DNA of 36,727 bases, taken from a virus (taxonomy: Duplodnaviria > Caudoviricetes). The stretch spans positions 1 to 36,727 of the IMG/VR virus record IMGVR_UViG_3300034006_000006, one strand, 5' to 3'. The translations under genes were made by a program, and so were the position numbers. The notes beneath the pieces are model-generated. The model saw only the letters and a list, made by a program, of their open reading frames with translations, ran no database searches and was not told the DNA's origin. Shown here in pieces: positions 1 through 9,782 of this stretch (the first letter of the stretch is position 1; each line of letters starts with the position of its first letter).

Positions 1-59
1 GTGGATTCTGGAAACGGATAAGAAGACGGCTTCCAAGCCGAAGACAAAGGAGTCTTACC

Positions 60-401
60 TTGAGCGCACTGCCTAACACCCTCGATGAATCCCAGCCGGG
101 CGCAACGGAGACGGGCGAACTTGAATCCGTCGAAGCCGCCTTGCTTGAACTCAACCGAGCCTATGCCGCCAACCGAATAGACCTGAGGCGGCTCACCCAA
201 CGCCGCGACGAGCTTCTGACGCGCAAAGCGGAGTTGCGGAGGGTGATTGCTAATAACTACCTTGACGCTTTCCTCCCGCCCATCAATCTCTACTCGATAG
301 AGCGAGAGGGGCAAACGGAGGCGCAACGGCGAAACGAGCGCCACCACCAAAAGAGACTTCTGGCCGCGATAGTCAGGCGCAACAACCCCGCATGGAAGTA
401 A
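60..401 (+). CDS. hypothetical coiled-coil protein
   Basis: 113 aa ORF with AAGGAG upstream, heptad-like Leu/Arg pattern, same strand as the downstream operon. Confidence 0.55.
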   Translation: MSALPNTLDESQPGATETGELESVEAALLELNRAYAANRIDLRRLTQRRDELLTRKAELRRVIANNYLDAFLPPINLYSIEREGQTEAQRRNERHHQKRLLAAIVRRNNPAWK

Positions 402-462
402 TTGGGTAAATCGCACCCGTAAATTAACAATCCATTTCACAACAACCACAAGGAGCCGTCAG

Positions 463-3252
463 ATGATTGATACGCGTTCACTTATGAAGAATCTTGGAGA
501 GGAAGACCTGAAGATCTTCGCATGGCTTGAGGAAAATGGCTGGGTTCTACTTCCCGAAAATCGCCAGTACGTCTGGAAAAATTATGAACTGGGCGGGGAA
601 GAGAATGGCCCTCATAACAATGAGGAGGAGATCATTGACGGCGCACGAGCGCTTTACAGGTTCTACGCCAAGACCGAACAGGCGACGAAGGGGGTGGTAG
701 AGTTACCGGCGGAGCTCAAAGACATTGGTTGGACACTCCACGGGGAGCACAACGTATGGTACTGCAAGCATGACGCCCTCAGGGTGAAGACGAACGTCTG
801 GACGGACGCCCAGCAGGCGATTGACGAGGCTGTAGAGATTCAGCAGAAGTACGAGCGTGACATCGAATTCAACCCGCAGGCTGTAGAAGAGGAAGCAGGC
901 AGCGGCTTTACGAGCGCAGCCGATGTCGCTTCCCGGATTCTTCCGGAGGAAACGGCCGCCCCCCCAGCAGAGCAAACACAGGATGAGGTCATAGAGCGGC
1001 TTGTCTCACAGCCCACAACAGAGCATTTCTCCGACCATGAGATTGACCTTCGGAAGCAGCTGGTTGAATGGCTTGAGAGCGAGGGCGTAGAGGTCAGATG
1101 CGACGTAGAATGTGCGTCCGGGACCGCGGACGTCGTAACGGAGGAAGCAGTCTTTGAAATCAAGCACGCGCTTACTCTGGCCGATTTCTATAAGACCTCG
1201 GACGATCTGCTCTCCTACTGGCGTTTGCTTGTCAATTCGGAGCAACTGGATGACAGCGCGGACGCCATAATCGTGGTCTGCTGCGCGGAAGATTTGAATG
1301 TGCTCAAGGCCGCGGCAGACACGGTAGCCGTCATGACGCTGGAAGAGATAATGGTTCCTTCTCCCCCTGAATTCTTCGAATCTCTCATGACACAGACCGC
1401 CCAGATCAATTCCATCGCCGCATTCAGGAAGCTCATTGAAGACAACGGGCTACAGGACGTTACGATTGACAGAAGATTTACTCCGTCACAACGCACCAAG
1501 CTCCACGGAGCTTTGGATGAATGTAATGTTCGTGTGTATTCGGGCCTATCGGATTCTGTAGAGACGAGCGCCTCAACTGAAAAGAGCCAGACTGAGGGGT
1601 GGATTGATGTAATCAGCAACGGAGGTTCGAGAGAAATACTCACACAGCAGATGGATCCGGCCATGATTAAGACCCACCCATCGCTTTTGATGCGCGCGCA
1701 GGGCCTTGATACAGAGCACGTGAAAGAACTGGAGGCGGGCTACAGCGCCGGGCGGACGTACCCTCCCGTTGACATTTTTTTCGACGGTGAAAATTATTGG
1801 CTCGCCGATGGGAACCACCGCCATGCAGGAGCCACCAAAGCCGGCAAGCTTCTCGACGTTAAAGTTCACCAAGGGACGTTACGCGATGCCATCAGATTTG
1901 CGCTCGAAGCCAACGTCGAACATGGCCTGAAGCTCACCAATGACGACAAGCGGCTGAAGGTCGTGACACTGCTTTCCGACCCCGAGTGGTTCAAAGAGAG
2001 CGACACCATTCTAGCCGGTATTGCCCATGTTACCCAGCAATTCATAAGCAGCGTACGGCGCGATCTCGTGCCCTTGCTTCCGGCGCTGGAGCTCAACGGA
2101 GGGCAGGAGACGGATGAGGCTTTGGCCTCAATGTTGGATGTTCCTGTTGGACTCGTACGCGTGGTGCGCAGAATACCTGCGGATGAGCGCGCTTCCCTGT
2201 CCCAAAACCTTTTGAGTGACGACGGGCGCAGGCGTGGCGCCGATGGGGTTGTCAGGTCAATTCCGTCGAAGCCTGCCCAGCCTCACGCTGAGGAGCCCGA
2301 ATTATTCTCAGAGCAAAGCAATGCGGTGAGTGAGTTGGTTGAGGAGACTTCAGCCCAGGTAGCTGAGGCCGCGCCGGCGGAAAGCAGCGATGAGATCGTC
2401 GAAGCCCGCAGGCCCGACGTAACCAGCTCCGAAGATGTTCCGGCACCGTCCTCGCCCGAGGTCACTGAAAGGGTGCCGGAGCCTGCCACCGCTTCCACCA
2501 GCGCAGCTCCTACACTTACCACAGATGATCTGCTTTCCGCACTACGCGAGCACGGCAAGCTGTCCCGCCTCGAGCTCGAGGATATGGGCTTCTCCTCAGG
2601 GCTTATCTACACCGCCTTTTCTTCCAGAGTAATTGCGCAGCCTGAGACGGGCATCTTCGCTCTGCCACCAAAGGAGCTGCCCGAGGAGGCAGCACAGGCT
2701 CAACCGAAGCAGCCGGATAAAACCCGGCAGCCTACCATTGAAGAGCTGCTAAAAGGCAGGAAGCTTGCAGTCAGCCTCGTTTGGTCAGCGAAATTGAAGG
2801 GGCTGGTTTCCGTCTCCGTCACCATTGATGGCAACGTGGAGAGCGCGCGCAGGGACTCGCTGGACACTAATCAGGTAAGCCCTCTGCCCGAGCCTCTTCT
2901 CCAGCTCATACACGACCAGCTAAAGCCCGGCAAGAAAGCCCCGGCGCAGCAGGAAAGCGCAGCCGCAGCCAAGAAGAAAGAGGCCGCTCCTGCCCCTAAG
3001 GCTGACCGTATAATAGAAGGAATTAAGGCAGCTAAAACACTGGCTGCTCTGGAGAAACTTGTGAAGCATTACAAAATCGGCGGCTCAGGGTTTCACTCTC
3101 GCTTTACCTCCCAGGAAGCCAAACGTATTACCGATACGCTCGCGTCTCAGAAGAAGAAGCTGAAGCCTGCCAATCGCGCCTCTAAAGCATCCGCCAAAAA
3201 GGGTGCCGCTAAATCATCTTCCAAACGACCTGGAGCCGAGGCCAAAGCTTAA
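463..3252 (+). CDS. large ParB/Srx-domain fusion protein (PD-(D/E)xK-like domain + ParB N-terminal domain + HTH + low-complexity K/A-rich tail)
   Basis: AAGGAG RBS. ParB-like motif YPPVDIFFDGENYWLADGNHRH followed by ANVEHGLKLT and HTH-like SDTILAGIAHVTQQFISSVRR. Nuclease-like GTADVVTEEAVFEIK at about 1120-1164. First large gene of a PRTRC-like operon. Confidence 0.7.
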   Translation: MIDTRSLMKNLGEEDLKIFAWLEENGWVLLPENRQYVWKNYELGGEENGPHNNEEEIIDGARALYRFYAKTEQATKGVVELPAELKDIGWTLHGEHNVWYCKHDALRVKTNVWTDAQQAIDEAVEIQQKYERDIEFNPQAVEEEAGSGFTSAADVASRILPEETAAPPAEQTQDEVIERLVSQPTTEHFSDHEIDLRKQLVEWLESEGVEVRCDVECASGTADVVTEEAVFEIKHALTLADFYKTSDDLLSYWRLLVNSEQLDDSADAIIVVCCAEDLNVLKAAADTVAVMTLEEIMVPSPPEFFESLMTQTAQINSIAAFRKLIEDNGLQDVTIDRRFTPSQRTKLHGALDECNVRVYSGLSDSVETSASTEKSQTEGWIDVISNGGSREILTQQMDPAMIKTHPSLLMRAQGLDTEHVKELEAGYSAGRTYPPVDIFFDGENYWLADGNHRHAGATKAGKLLDVKVHQGTLRDAIRFALEANVEHGLKLTNDDKRLKVVTLLSDPEWFKESDTILAGIAHVTQQFISSVRRDLVPLLPALELNGGQETDEALASMLDVPVGLVRVVRRIPADERASLSQNLLSDDGRRRGADGVVRSIPSKPAQPHAEEPELFSEQSNAVSELVEETSAQVAEAAPAESSDEIVEARRPDVTSSEDVPAPSSPEVTERVPEPATASTSAAPTLTTDDLLSALREHGKLSRLELEDMGFSSGLIYTAFSSRVIAQPETGIFALPPKELPEEAAQAQPKQPDKTRQPTIEELLKGRKLAVSLVWSAKLKGLVSVSVTIDGNVESARRDSLDTNQVSPLPEPLLQLIHDQLKPGKKAPAQQESAAAAKKKEAAPAPKADRIIEGIKAAKTLAALEKLVKHYKIGGSGFHSRFTSQEAKRITDTLASQKKKLKPANRASKASAKKGAAKSSSKRPGAEAKA

Positions 3253-3271
3253 AAGAGAGGACTGAATAATT

Positions 3272-3739
3272 ATGGGCGTAGTGAAAATAGAGGGCAAAGA
3301 GCTGACTCTTCCCGACAACATTATCGATCTCGGCATTGATGCCGTGAAGGATGCTCTTTCTGAGGACTTCCCCGATATTGAGAACGCGGACGTTGAGATA
3401 GTCAGGCCGAGGGCTGCGGGGCAGCCTGTAACTGCCACAGTCGTCAAGCGCGGTACTCATAAAGGACAGTGGGAATCATTTCCCCGGGCGCAGCGTGAAG
3501 TTTTGAATGTTCTGGATCGGGCGCGCCCGCACGTAAATCCCGCCATCGCTCTGGCCGTCGAGGTGCTCCAGCATGAGGCTGCCGGCGACACTCAGTTCTT
3601 TGACGAGCTGGTGCGTTCCGGCAGGCTCGAGCGCGCCGAGGCCGCGGGCGAGCGTGAGGGCCGGGCGGTGCAGCGCGCTCTGGAGACTTGCAGCACTTGC
3701 CAGCCAATTCCTGCCGATGATATTCCGGTCGGATTCTGA
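3272..3739 (+). CDS. ubiquitin-like PRTRC protein C (Prok_Ub) with ~90 aa C-terminal extension
   Basis: N-terminal 65 aa (…DAVKDALSEDFPDIENADVE…VVKRGTHKG) resemble PRTRC protein C, which ends in a GTKG-like motif; lies in an operon with E1, E2 and JAB. Confidence 0.65.
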   Translation: MGVVKIEGKELTLPDNIIDLGIDAVKDALSEDFPDIENADVEIVRPRAAGQPVTATVVKRGTHKGQWESFPRAQREVLNVLDRARPHVNPAIALAVEVLQHEAAGDTQFFDELVRSGRLERAEAAGEREGRAVQRALETCSTCQPIPADDIPVGF

Positions 3740-3771
3740 ATATCCAATGAAATACTGAATGCAGAGAAAAG

Positions 3772-4542
3772 ATGGGCGAAGGATTTCTACCAGGAGTAAC
3801 GATTAGAGCGGTATATGAGCCGGCCATGCGCATCACCAACCAGCGTGCGGCCGACGCGTACCTCCTTCGACTCGTGCGGCACCACATGTCTTTCGGCTTC
3901 AGCCGTCAGGAGGCTGAGGCCGTCGAGAAATATAACCTCAACTATTTCGCTGGCTTCTACGACGATGCGACGCGCGAGCGCGTACGGTTGCTCTTCGGCT
4001 GTGCGACGGACGTGCTGCTCGCCAATTGCGTAGGCTGTCGCAGAAGGATGTGTCTCTACGGACCGCGAAAGCAATACTGGCAGTGCCGCTATTGCAAATA
4101 TGTGATCTTACGAGAGGGTGAGAAAAAGAAGCACCATCCACCGTGCCACCTGGCTTCCTGCCGGCAGTGCCGCAACGCCATGCGGAATCTCAGACGCGGC
4201 GGGATTGTCACCTCATTTTACTGCACGCGCTGTAAATGGGCTACGCGGACTGAACTCCACCGCCCGCCACCGGTCATGAACAAACAGCTCCACGCGTTCA
4301 TAGCATCCTTACTGCCAGGGGGCTTGTCCGATGAGTTGCGAGAGGAGGTCGTGTCCGACATTGCCCTCGCCATCCTCAGGACGAGACACACCCAGAACGG
4401 CTACAGGCTGACGCCCCGGCAAATTGATACCAAAAGGGTGCGTAGATTTATCCAGGACGCGCGCAGACGCATCTACCGGCGATTTTACGAGGTATCCATA
4501 CACGACGGTGAATTTCCGTTATCGGAGAGGTTGGCGGGATGA
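3772..4542 (+). CDS. hypothetical basic protein with multiple CxxC zinc ribbons
   Basis: CVGC, CRYC, CRQC and CTRC pairs; stop overlaps the next start (ATGA). Confidence 0.55.
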   Translation: MGEGFLPGVTIRAVYEPAMRITNQRAADAYLLRLVRHHMSFGFSRQEAEAVEKYNLNYFAGFYDDATRERVRLLFGCATDVLLANCVGCRRRMCLYGPRKQYWQCRYCKYVILREGEKKKHHPPCHLASCRQCRNAMRNLRRGGIVTSFYCTRCKWATRTELHRPPPVMNKQLHAFIASLLPGGLSDELREEVVSDIALAILRTRHTQNGYRLTPRQIDTKRVRRFIQDARRRIYRRFYEVSIHDGEFPLSERLAG

Positions 4543-5591
4543 ACGCTCAGTCAATTCAACAGGCGGCAGACTTTCTGCTGATAAACCGCGAGTGGATAAG
4601 CGCCACCCGCGCCTCCGTCTATCTCGCGACGCGCGCACGCGTACGCACGCCCCTTGGAGCGGCCGAGTTCCTGGGCAGGGCCCTTGACCATGACCGCGAA
4701 ACCTACAACAGGCGCGTGCGCGTCGCGCTCGAAGTTATCAGCATGTACAGGGAGTTCTTCCCGGATGAATATGCGCGCTCAGGGGCTCCCTACTTTTCAA
4801 CAGAGCGGGAGCATGAATTCTACAGGCTGGTTAACTTAAAGCTCTTCCCTCTCCTTCTCAGCGAAGAGGCGGATCTGGAGACGCACATAAGGAACGAGCC
4901 CAACTTCTTCCTGCCGTTCATTCCGATGAAGTGCGCGCAGAAACATAACTGGGCGCTGGGACCGCTCGAATTCGAGGACGTGGAGATAGAGTACAGGCTC
5001 GCCCTAGCTTTCTCTGCGTGCGCGTTCTCCGGCACGTCCATGTGGGAACTGATGAAGCAGGCGTACGACCTGAACGGGATGCCGGAGCCAGCGCCTCCGC
5101 TAGGGGTCGTCGGCTGGCAACTGTTCGACTACTCCTGCTCGATTGAGGATTCCCCCATCAGGTTCCTGCCTGCCGCCTTCAACATGGTTTCGTATAAGAC
5201 CGGCAACCATTGGCTGGATCTCCCTCCGCTCGGCTATATCGGCTTCGAATGGTCGAGAGAGCAACTCGGAAGGCTCACCATCGCATGGCACCAGGCGCAG
5301 GGCATTTTAATGAGAATGAAGGAGCTGGGGTCATGGCTCGAAGAAGCGCCTGCGGAAAGAATCATCTACGCGGTAAAGCTTTGGAACAAAGCCGCCCAGG
5401 TTGAAAAAGAGTACGGCTACGAAGGCACGAATTCGACTCGCGACATGCTCTATGCGCGCATGGCCGCGCCTACGGGTCTCTACCGGCATGGTGAGCCCCT
5501 AGTTCACATGACTATACCCGGCGAGATGTTCAGAGACCTGCTCGCGGACAGGCAAATGTTGCCGCCAGCGGCAGAAGGAGAGAACGAATAA
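4539..5591 (+). CDS. PRTRC-associated protein (occupies the protein F position)
   Basis: 350 aa, coupled upstream of the E2 gene; TGNHWLD motif recalls the TGNxWLD motif of proteins in these loci; call rests mainly on context. Confidence 0.5.
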   Translation: MNAQSIQQAADFLLINREWISATRASVYLATRARVRTPLGAAEFLGRALDHDRETYNRRVRVALEVISMYREFFPDEYARSGAPYFSTEREHEFYRLVNLKLFPLLLSEEADLETHIRNEPNFFLPFIPMKCAQKHNWALGPLEFEDVEIEYRLALAFSACAFSGTSMWELMKQAYDLNGMPEPAPPLGVVGWQLFDYSCSIEDSPIRFLPAAFNMVSYKTGNHWLDLPPLGYIGFEWSREQLGRLTIAWHQAQGILMRMKELGSWLEEAPAERIIYAVKLWNKAAQVEKEYGYEGTNSTRDMLYARMAAPTGLYRHGEPLVHMTIPGEMFRDLLADRQMLPPAAEGENE

Positions 5592-5592
5592 G

Positions 5593-6369
5593 ATGAGCGC
5601 AAACGAAGCAATTCTTGTAGGGGAGCGGCAGGATAAAGAAGAACGGTTGACCACCGCCCGGCAGACCGTCAACAACAACCCGGTTTTAGAGTTCCGCGAC
5701 GGCCAGTTCCTTTTCAGGAAAACAAATCTGGAAGGGGGCATCGTCGAAAGATTCATTTCGGCGGCGGCGGTGCGCGAAGCCTTCTCGGGCGTCCCCATAG
5801 ATACGGGCTGGTTCAATCTCGACATCACCTGCCCAGGCATCACGCGCTGGGGCACAGGCCGCCTCGGCGAGTGGGCCATCGCCTATATCCCGCCTGCGGA
5901 TTGGCTCCTAGAGATCACCAACGAAGGCACAAATGAGCCCTACAGGCTAGACAGGATTACTACTCCCCTACCCGGAATAATCTTCTTCGGGATCGGCACG
6001 AATTACTACGCATTCGCGACTAAGACTGCCACCCTCAAGCCATATCACACCATCTTCCGCTGCCCGCTCCCGAACGTCATGCAGGACGGCTCAGTCTGCT
6101 GGGGCCTCTTAAAGCCTCCGGGCGCGAGCCTGACCTCCATCTTCGACGCCTGGAAGCTATTTATAACGAGCACCTTCAACAATCACATGGCTAACGGCAA
6201 GTCCAAGCGCGTGCGCGACGACGTGCGAATTGTGCTGCGGGACATGTCCCATGCCGCGCGACCGCGCCACTATCCGGTGCATGACCTAGTCCGGCAGGAA
6301 GAAGACACCGCTATCAATTTAGACCAGGCTGTCAGAGAGTTTTTTGAAACGGGAAAGATGCCGGGATGA
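5593..6369 (+). CDS. prokaryotic E2 family D / PRTRC protein B
   Basis: PLPGIIFFG…YAFA…FRCPLPNVMQDGSVCWG…FITSTFNNH; the PxxNV…GxVCWG motif carries the putative catalytic Cys. Confidence 0.85.
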   Translation: MSANEAILVGERQDKEERLTTARQTVNNNPVLEFRDGQFLFRKTNLEGGIVERFISAAAVREAFSGVPIDTGWFNLDITCPGITRWGTGRLGEWAIAYIPPADWLLEITNEGTNEPYRLDRITTPLPGIIFFGIGTNYYAFATKTATLKPYHTIFRCPLPNVMQDGSVCWGLLKPPGASLTSIFDAWKLFITSTFNNHMANGKSKRVRDDVRIVLRDMSHAARPRHYPVHDLVRQEEDTAINLDQAVREFFETGKMPG

Positions 6370-6674
6370 AAAGGAAAGGTAGCAACAATTACAGTAAAAC
6401 ATTTGACGAGATCGCGGAGGCAATTAAAGGGGCGGTGGCTTGTGCGGAACGGATGTATGAACTGGACGAGCAAAAACGCGACAACATCAACGACTTTGAA
6501 GACCACCTGAGAAAGATTCTGGAGTTGCAGCGAATTGTAGACGGCGCACCCGAGGCGCAGAAGCTCTTCGACCGTATCGCGCGTCTTCGAGAGTTGCGCA
6601 ACATGATGGAGCTAGGCTCATTGATGTTAGAGACGAAGCGTGCCATGGACGCTGTCTGGAAGAGGCTGCCTTAA
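6366..6674 (+). CDS. hypothetical helical protein
   Basis: 102 aa, overlaps both neighbours (ATGA and TAATG coupling). Confidence 0.6.
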   Translation: MKRKGSNNYSKTFDEIAEAIKGAVACAERMYELDEQKRDNINDFEDHLRKILELQRIVDGAPEAQKLFDRIARLRELRNMMELGSLMLETKRAMDAVWKRLP

Positions 6675-7387
6675 TGAGCTTTCGATTTACAGAGCACATA
6701 ATCGCGCGCCCCGGGCGTCCACTACCTCCTGTCAATGAGGGGCTGCTCTACGACATCGTGCTCGGCTCTAACGGCACATTCATACGCGGTCGTCGTCCAG
6801 GCCTCGAAGCCTGCATGCCATTTGCAGCAACGCGCTGGCCACATAAAAAACTTGCGCACGTCATCCAGTATGTCCAGTGGGGATTTCCAAAGGTGCCAGC
6901 GCGCCTCGTAGAGAAGATGTTGATTACGTCGCGCTTCTTCGGTGCCGGTGGAATATCGCCAGTCAAAGAGGTCCTCTTCCACCTTTCGTTCAAGCCGGAC
7001 ATAGAGCCTTCCGATAACAGCGCCAGAGTTCTTGATGCCTGTCAGGGCTGGGTACTGGAGTACCCGCAACAGAACGCCACTGGGGACAAGGTAGAACTTG
7101 TTCACAAGGGACGCGGCACCTCTGAAGAGCGCGCGGTGATTGAGGTCCATAGTCATCACTCTGGACGAGCCGAATTCTCTGACGAGGATGATGAAGATGA
7201 AGGCGGAGCATCTTTTCGCATCTACGGTGTCCTGGGTGAGATCTTCGATCGGCCGAAGCTGCGCACGCGTGTAGGCCTCTTCGGTTTCTTCTACGAGTAC
7301 CCAGCGGCAGAATTCTTCGAGATGCCGCAAGGGGTGCGCCACTCTCAAATATATGATTTTGGAGTATATGACTTCAGAGGTAAATAA
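6674..7387 (+). CDS. JAB/MPN metallo-isopeptidase (PRTRC protein A)
   Basis: EVLFHL…YPQQNAT…EVHSHHSGRAEFSDEDDEDE: JAMM motif HSH-x7-S-x2-D. Confidence 0.88.
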   Translation: MSFRFTEHIIARPGRPLPPVNEGLLYDIVLGSNGTFIRGRRPGLEACMPFAATRWPHKKLAHVIQYVQWGFPKVPARLVEKMLITSRFFGAGGISPVKEVLFHLSFKPDIEPSDNSARVLDACQGWVLEYPQQNATGDKVELVHKGRGTSEERAVIEVHSHHSGRAEFSDEDDEDEGGASFRIYGVLGEIFDRPKLRTRVGLFGFFYEYPAAEFFEMPQGVRHSQIYDFGVYDFRGK

Positions 7388-8394
7388 TGGCTAAAAAGGG
7401 TAAGAAGCAGTTCGCGCGGTCAGTGGCCTTTCGCAAGCCCATGCCTCAGCTCGAACCTCAACCAGCTACAACAACTACGCAGGTTAACCTCAGCTTTTAC
7501 GAAGCCTACACGTTGGCGCTCAAAGAGTGGAAGCTTGCCCAGATCATCCTTGCGGGCTGCGGGGGCATCGGCGCACACCTCGCTGACCACATAGGCCGCA
7601 TTATCTGGGTGCTTTCAGGCTTGGGAGTAGGGGTCAACCTGTCTCTCGTAGACCCGGACGTCGTCGAAGAGAAGAACATCGGGCGGCAAAGATTCTGCCC
7701 GGCCGAGATAGGCATACCCAAGGCAGTAGCACTAGCCCGCCGTCTGAGTCAGGCTTACGGCGTCAATACGATGGCCTATCAAGCCGAGTATAGCGAGAAT
7801 CTGATTCTCCCAACGGCCCAGCTCGTCCTGCTCGTAGGCTGCGTGGATAACTACAAGGCGCGGCGCGCCCTTTCCGACACGCTCGCACAGAACCCCGAAG
7901 AGCCGACCCCGCACGCGCTGCCCAGGATATGGTGGGTTGATTGCGGGAATCTGAAGGATACAGGACGCGTGCTCGTAGGCTCTGCCCATCAGGCGGAGCA
8001 GGTTCGTGGTGCATTCAGAGAGAAGAAAAGGTGCATCAGCCTGCCAAGTCCCTCTCTACAGTATCCGTCGCTTTTAATGCCACAGCGCGAAGACGTCGAG
8101 ACGCGCGAGATGAGTTGCGCAGAACTGGCCGCCGCAAATATGCAATCGCTAAACATCAACGCGGCCATCGCGGTACAGGCTGCCGACATTCTTACGCGTC
8201 TACTGATTACGCACGATCTGAAGCGCTACCAGTGCGCGGTAAACGTGGCTTCAGGCTCCGTCAAATCTTTCTATATCACTCCTGAGGAAATTGCGCGCGA
8301 GATAGAAAAACCTGCGAACTATGTCATCTGTGAAGACCAGCCGGGAGGGATCCAAGCGACCGGCGACCACCAACTACAGGCAGTGGTGGCCTGA
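7387..8394 (+). CDS. ThiF-family E1-like adenylyltransferase (PRTRC ThiF)
   Basis: ILAGCGGIG nucleotide-binding loop, DPDVVEEKNIGRQ, GCVDNYKAR, WVDCGN, SCAE putative catalytic Cys, LNIN. Confidence 0.92.
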   Translation: MAKKGKKQFARSVAFRKPMPQLEPQPATTTTQVNLSFYEAYTLALKEWKLAQIILAGCGGIGAHLADHIGRIIWVLSGLGVGVNLSLVDPDVVEEKNIGRQRFCPAEIGIPKAVALARRLSQAYGVNTMAYQAEYSENLILPTAQLVLLVGCVDNYKARRALSDTLAQNPEEPTPHALPRIWWVDCGNLKDTGRVLVGSAHQAEQVRGAFREKKRCISLPSPSLQYPSLLMPQREDVETREMSCAELAAANMQSLNINAAIAVQAADILTRLLITHDLKRYQCAVNVASGSVKSFYITPEEIAREIEKPANYVICEDQPGGIQATGDHQLQAVVA

Positions 8395-8687
8395 TGGCAA
8401 CCAGTCCAAAAGTCGAAGAGATGATCGGCCACACCTTTGGCTATCTCAAAGTTCTGCGCTTGGTCGGTACGAACAAGTGGCGGGCTCGCGTATACGAGTG
8501 CATTTGCCTGGAAATTATTGGCGGGCGAAAGTGCAGCAACCTTCACCGAGTTGTAGGCCACGATTTGAAGAGCGGCAACACTTCGCGCTGCCTTGAGTGT
8601 TTCAAGAGAAAGAGGCGGGCCAGGTCAAGGGCCTATTACGGCTGGCTGTACTCAAATAAGAATGACAGTCGGTTTGTTAACAAATGA
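8394..8687 (+). CDS. small phage-type Cys protein (stand-alone HNH/AP2-associated N-terminal-like module)
   Basis: IGHTFGYLKV…YECIC…DLKSGNTSRC matches the GxxFGxLxV…CxC…LxSGxTxSC module seen N-terminal to phage HNH endonucleases. Confidence 0.6.
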   Translation: MATSPKVEEMIGHTFGYLKVLRLVGTNKWRARVYECICLEIIGGRKCSNLHRVVGHDLKSGNTSRCLECFKRKRRARSRAYYGWLYSNKNDSRFVNK

Positions 8688-8923
8688 TGTCTTCTCTTTA
8701 CCTACTTCTATTCGACCACTACGAGGTGACTATGACAAAGGAATCAATGGTTAGACTCACGACTCTATTCTTAGCTCACTGCCACTGCGCCGGCGCAAGG
8801 CAACCTGACCTGAATGACGCTTATCTGGATTCCCACATGGACGGGTGCGGCTACGTGAAACGTGCCGAGGCGCTGCTCAAAACTGAGGCAGAGCCCATAA
8901 CCATGCGAGCTGCGGAAGGCTGA
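8684..8923 (+). CDS. hypothetical protein
   Basis: Overlaps the previous stop; contains CHC and HMDGC. A later ATG (about 8732) preceded by GAGGTG may be the true start. Confidence 0.45.
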   Translation: MMSSLYLLLFDHYEVTMTKESMVRLTTLFLAHCHCAGARQPDLNDAYLDSHMDGCGYVKRAEALLKTEAEPITMRAAEG

Positions 8924-9008
8924 TTGAACTCAAAATCATTTTGAGTCGAACTACTTCCCTAATCATATACCGGTAATTATATGAACAGCCCAGTGAACAG
9001 GGGAAAGA

Positions 9009-9782
9009 ATGAGCAATAGATGTTGCGAGAACAGCCGCCGCCTTCTGATAAGTAGTGGGCGCGGGTCTGGTGGATATGAGAATGTGGACGTTTGCGCAGA
9101 GTGCGGGGCCATCAATGTCTTTTCCCTGCAAGACGACCACCAGTTTTCTACAACATTTCGTCTTTACTCCAGCGCCACACTTATCGCGGCCAGTCAGGCC
9201 TACAGGTTTATTCAGGAGGGTACCGGGGATGAGATATTATCGAAGAGGGTGTGGAAGCCATTAGACTTCGGCCACCTGAGGCTCTACCAGGTAACCCTTT
9301 ACTACAAAATCAAGGGGGAGATTCGGGATCGGCGCAAGTATTTCATTGTCGCCTCCACAGCGCCGCGTTACGCCGCTGAGATTATTGAGAAGCTGTACAA
9401 AGAAGATTATGAGAACAACCCCCAGATAGCTCACTGGTCTGTAAAAGGATATGCCCTCGACATTCTTCAGCCGCTGGAATGGACGAAGAACGGCTGCACG
9501 CTCCTGAATCTTGAATTGCTGAACACGCTAAAGGGCATGGTAGAGATGTACGACCGGATGGCCTACGGCTACCCTGAGAAGCATGGTGACATCGTTGTTA
9601 AAATCCCGGACTACCAGCTCGAGGCAATTCAAAAGGCAAAAGAGTTGATCGGGCTCTTGACCCCAGTGGAGACCCGCTGCCCTGATTGCGGAAGTGAGAA
9701 TGTGATGAGCGATACTCCGCCGCGGGGCGTGTGCAACAACTGCGGATTCGCCTGGGACAATAGAGCAGAGCCTGCTGATTAA
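9009..9782 (+). CDS. hypothetical protein with zinc ribbons
   Basis: CAEC near the N-terminus; C-terminal CPDCGS…CNNCG ribbon. Confidence 0.6.
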   Translation: MSNRCCENSRRLLISSGRGSGGYENVDVCAECGAINVFSLQDDHQFSTTFRLYSSATLIAASQAYRFIQEGTGDEILSKRVWKPLDFGHLRLYQVTLYYKIKGEIRDRRKYFIVASTAPRYAAEIIEKLYKEDYENNPQIAHWSVKGYALDILQPLEWTKNGCTLLNLELLNTLKGMVEMYDRMAYGYPEKHGDIVVKIPDYQLEAIQKAKELIGLLTPVETRCPDCGSENVMSDTPPRGVCNNCGFAWDNRAEPAD

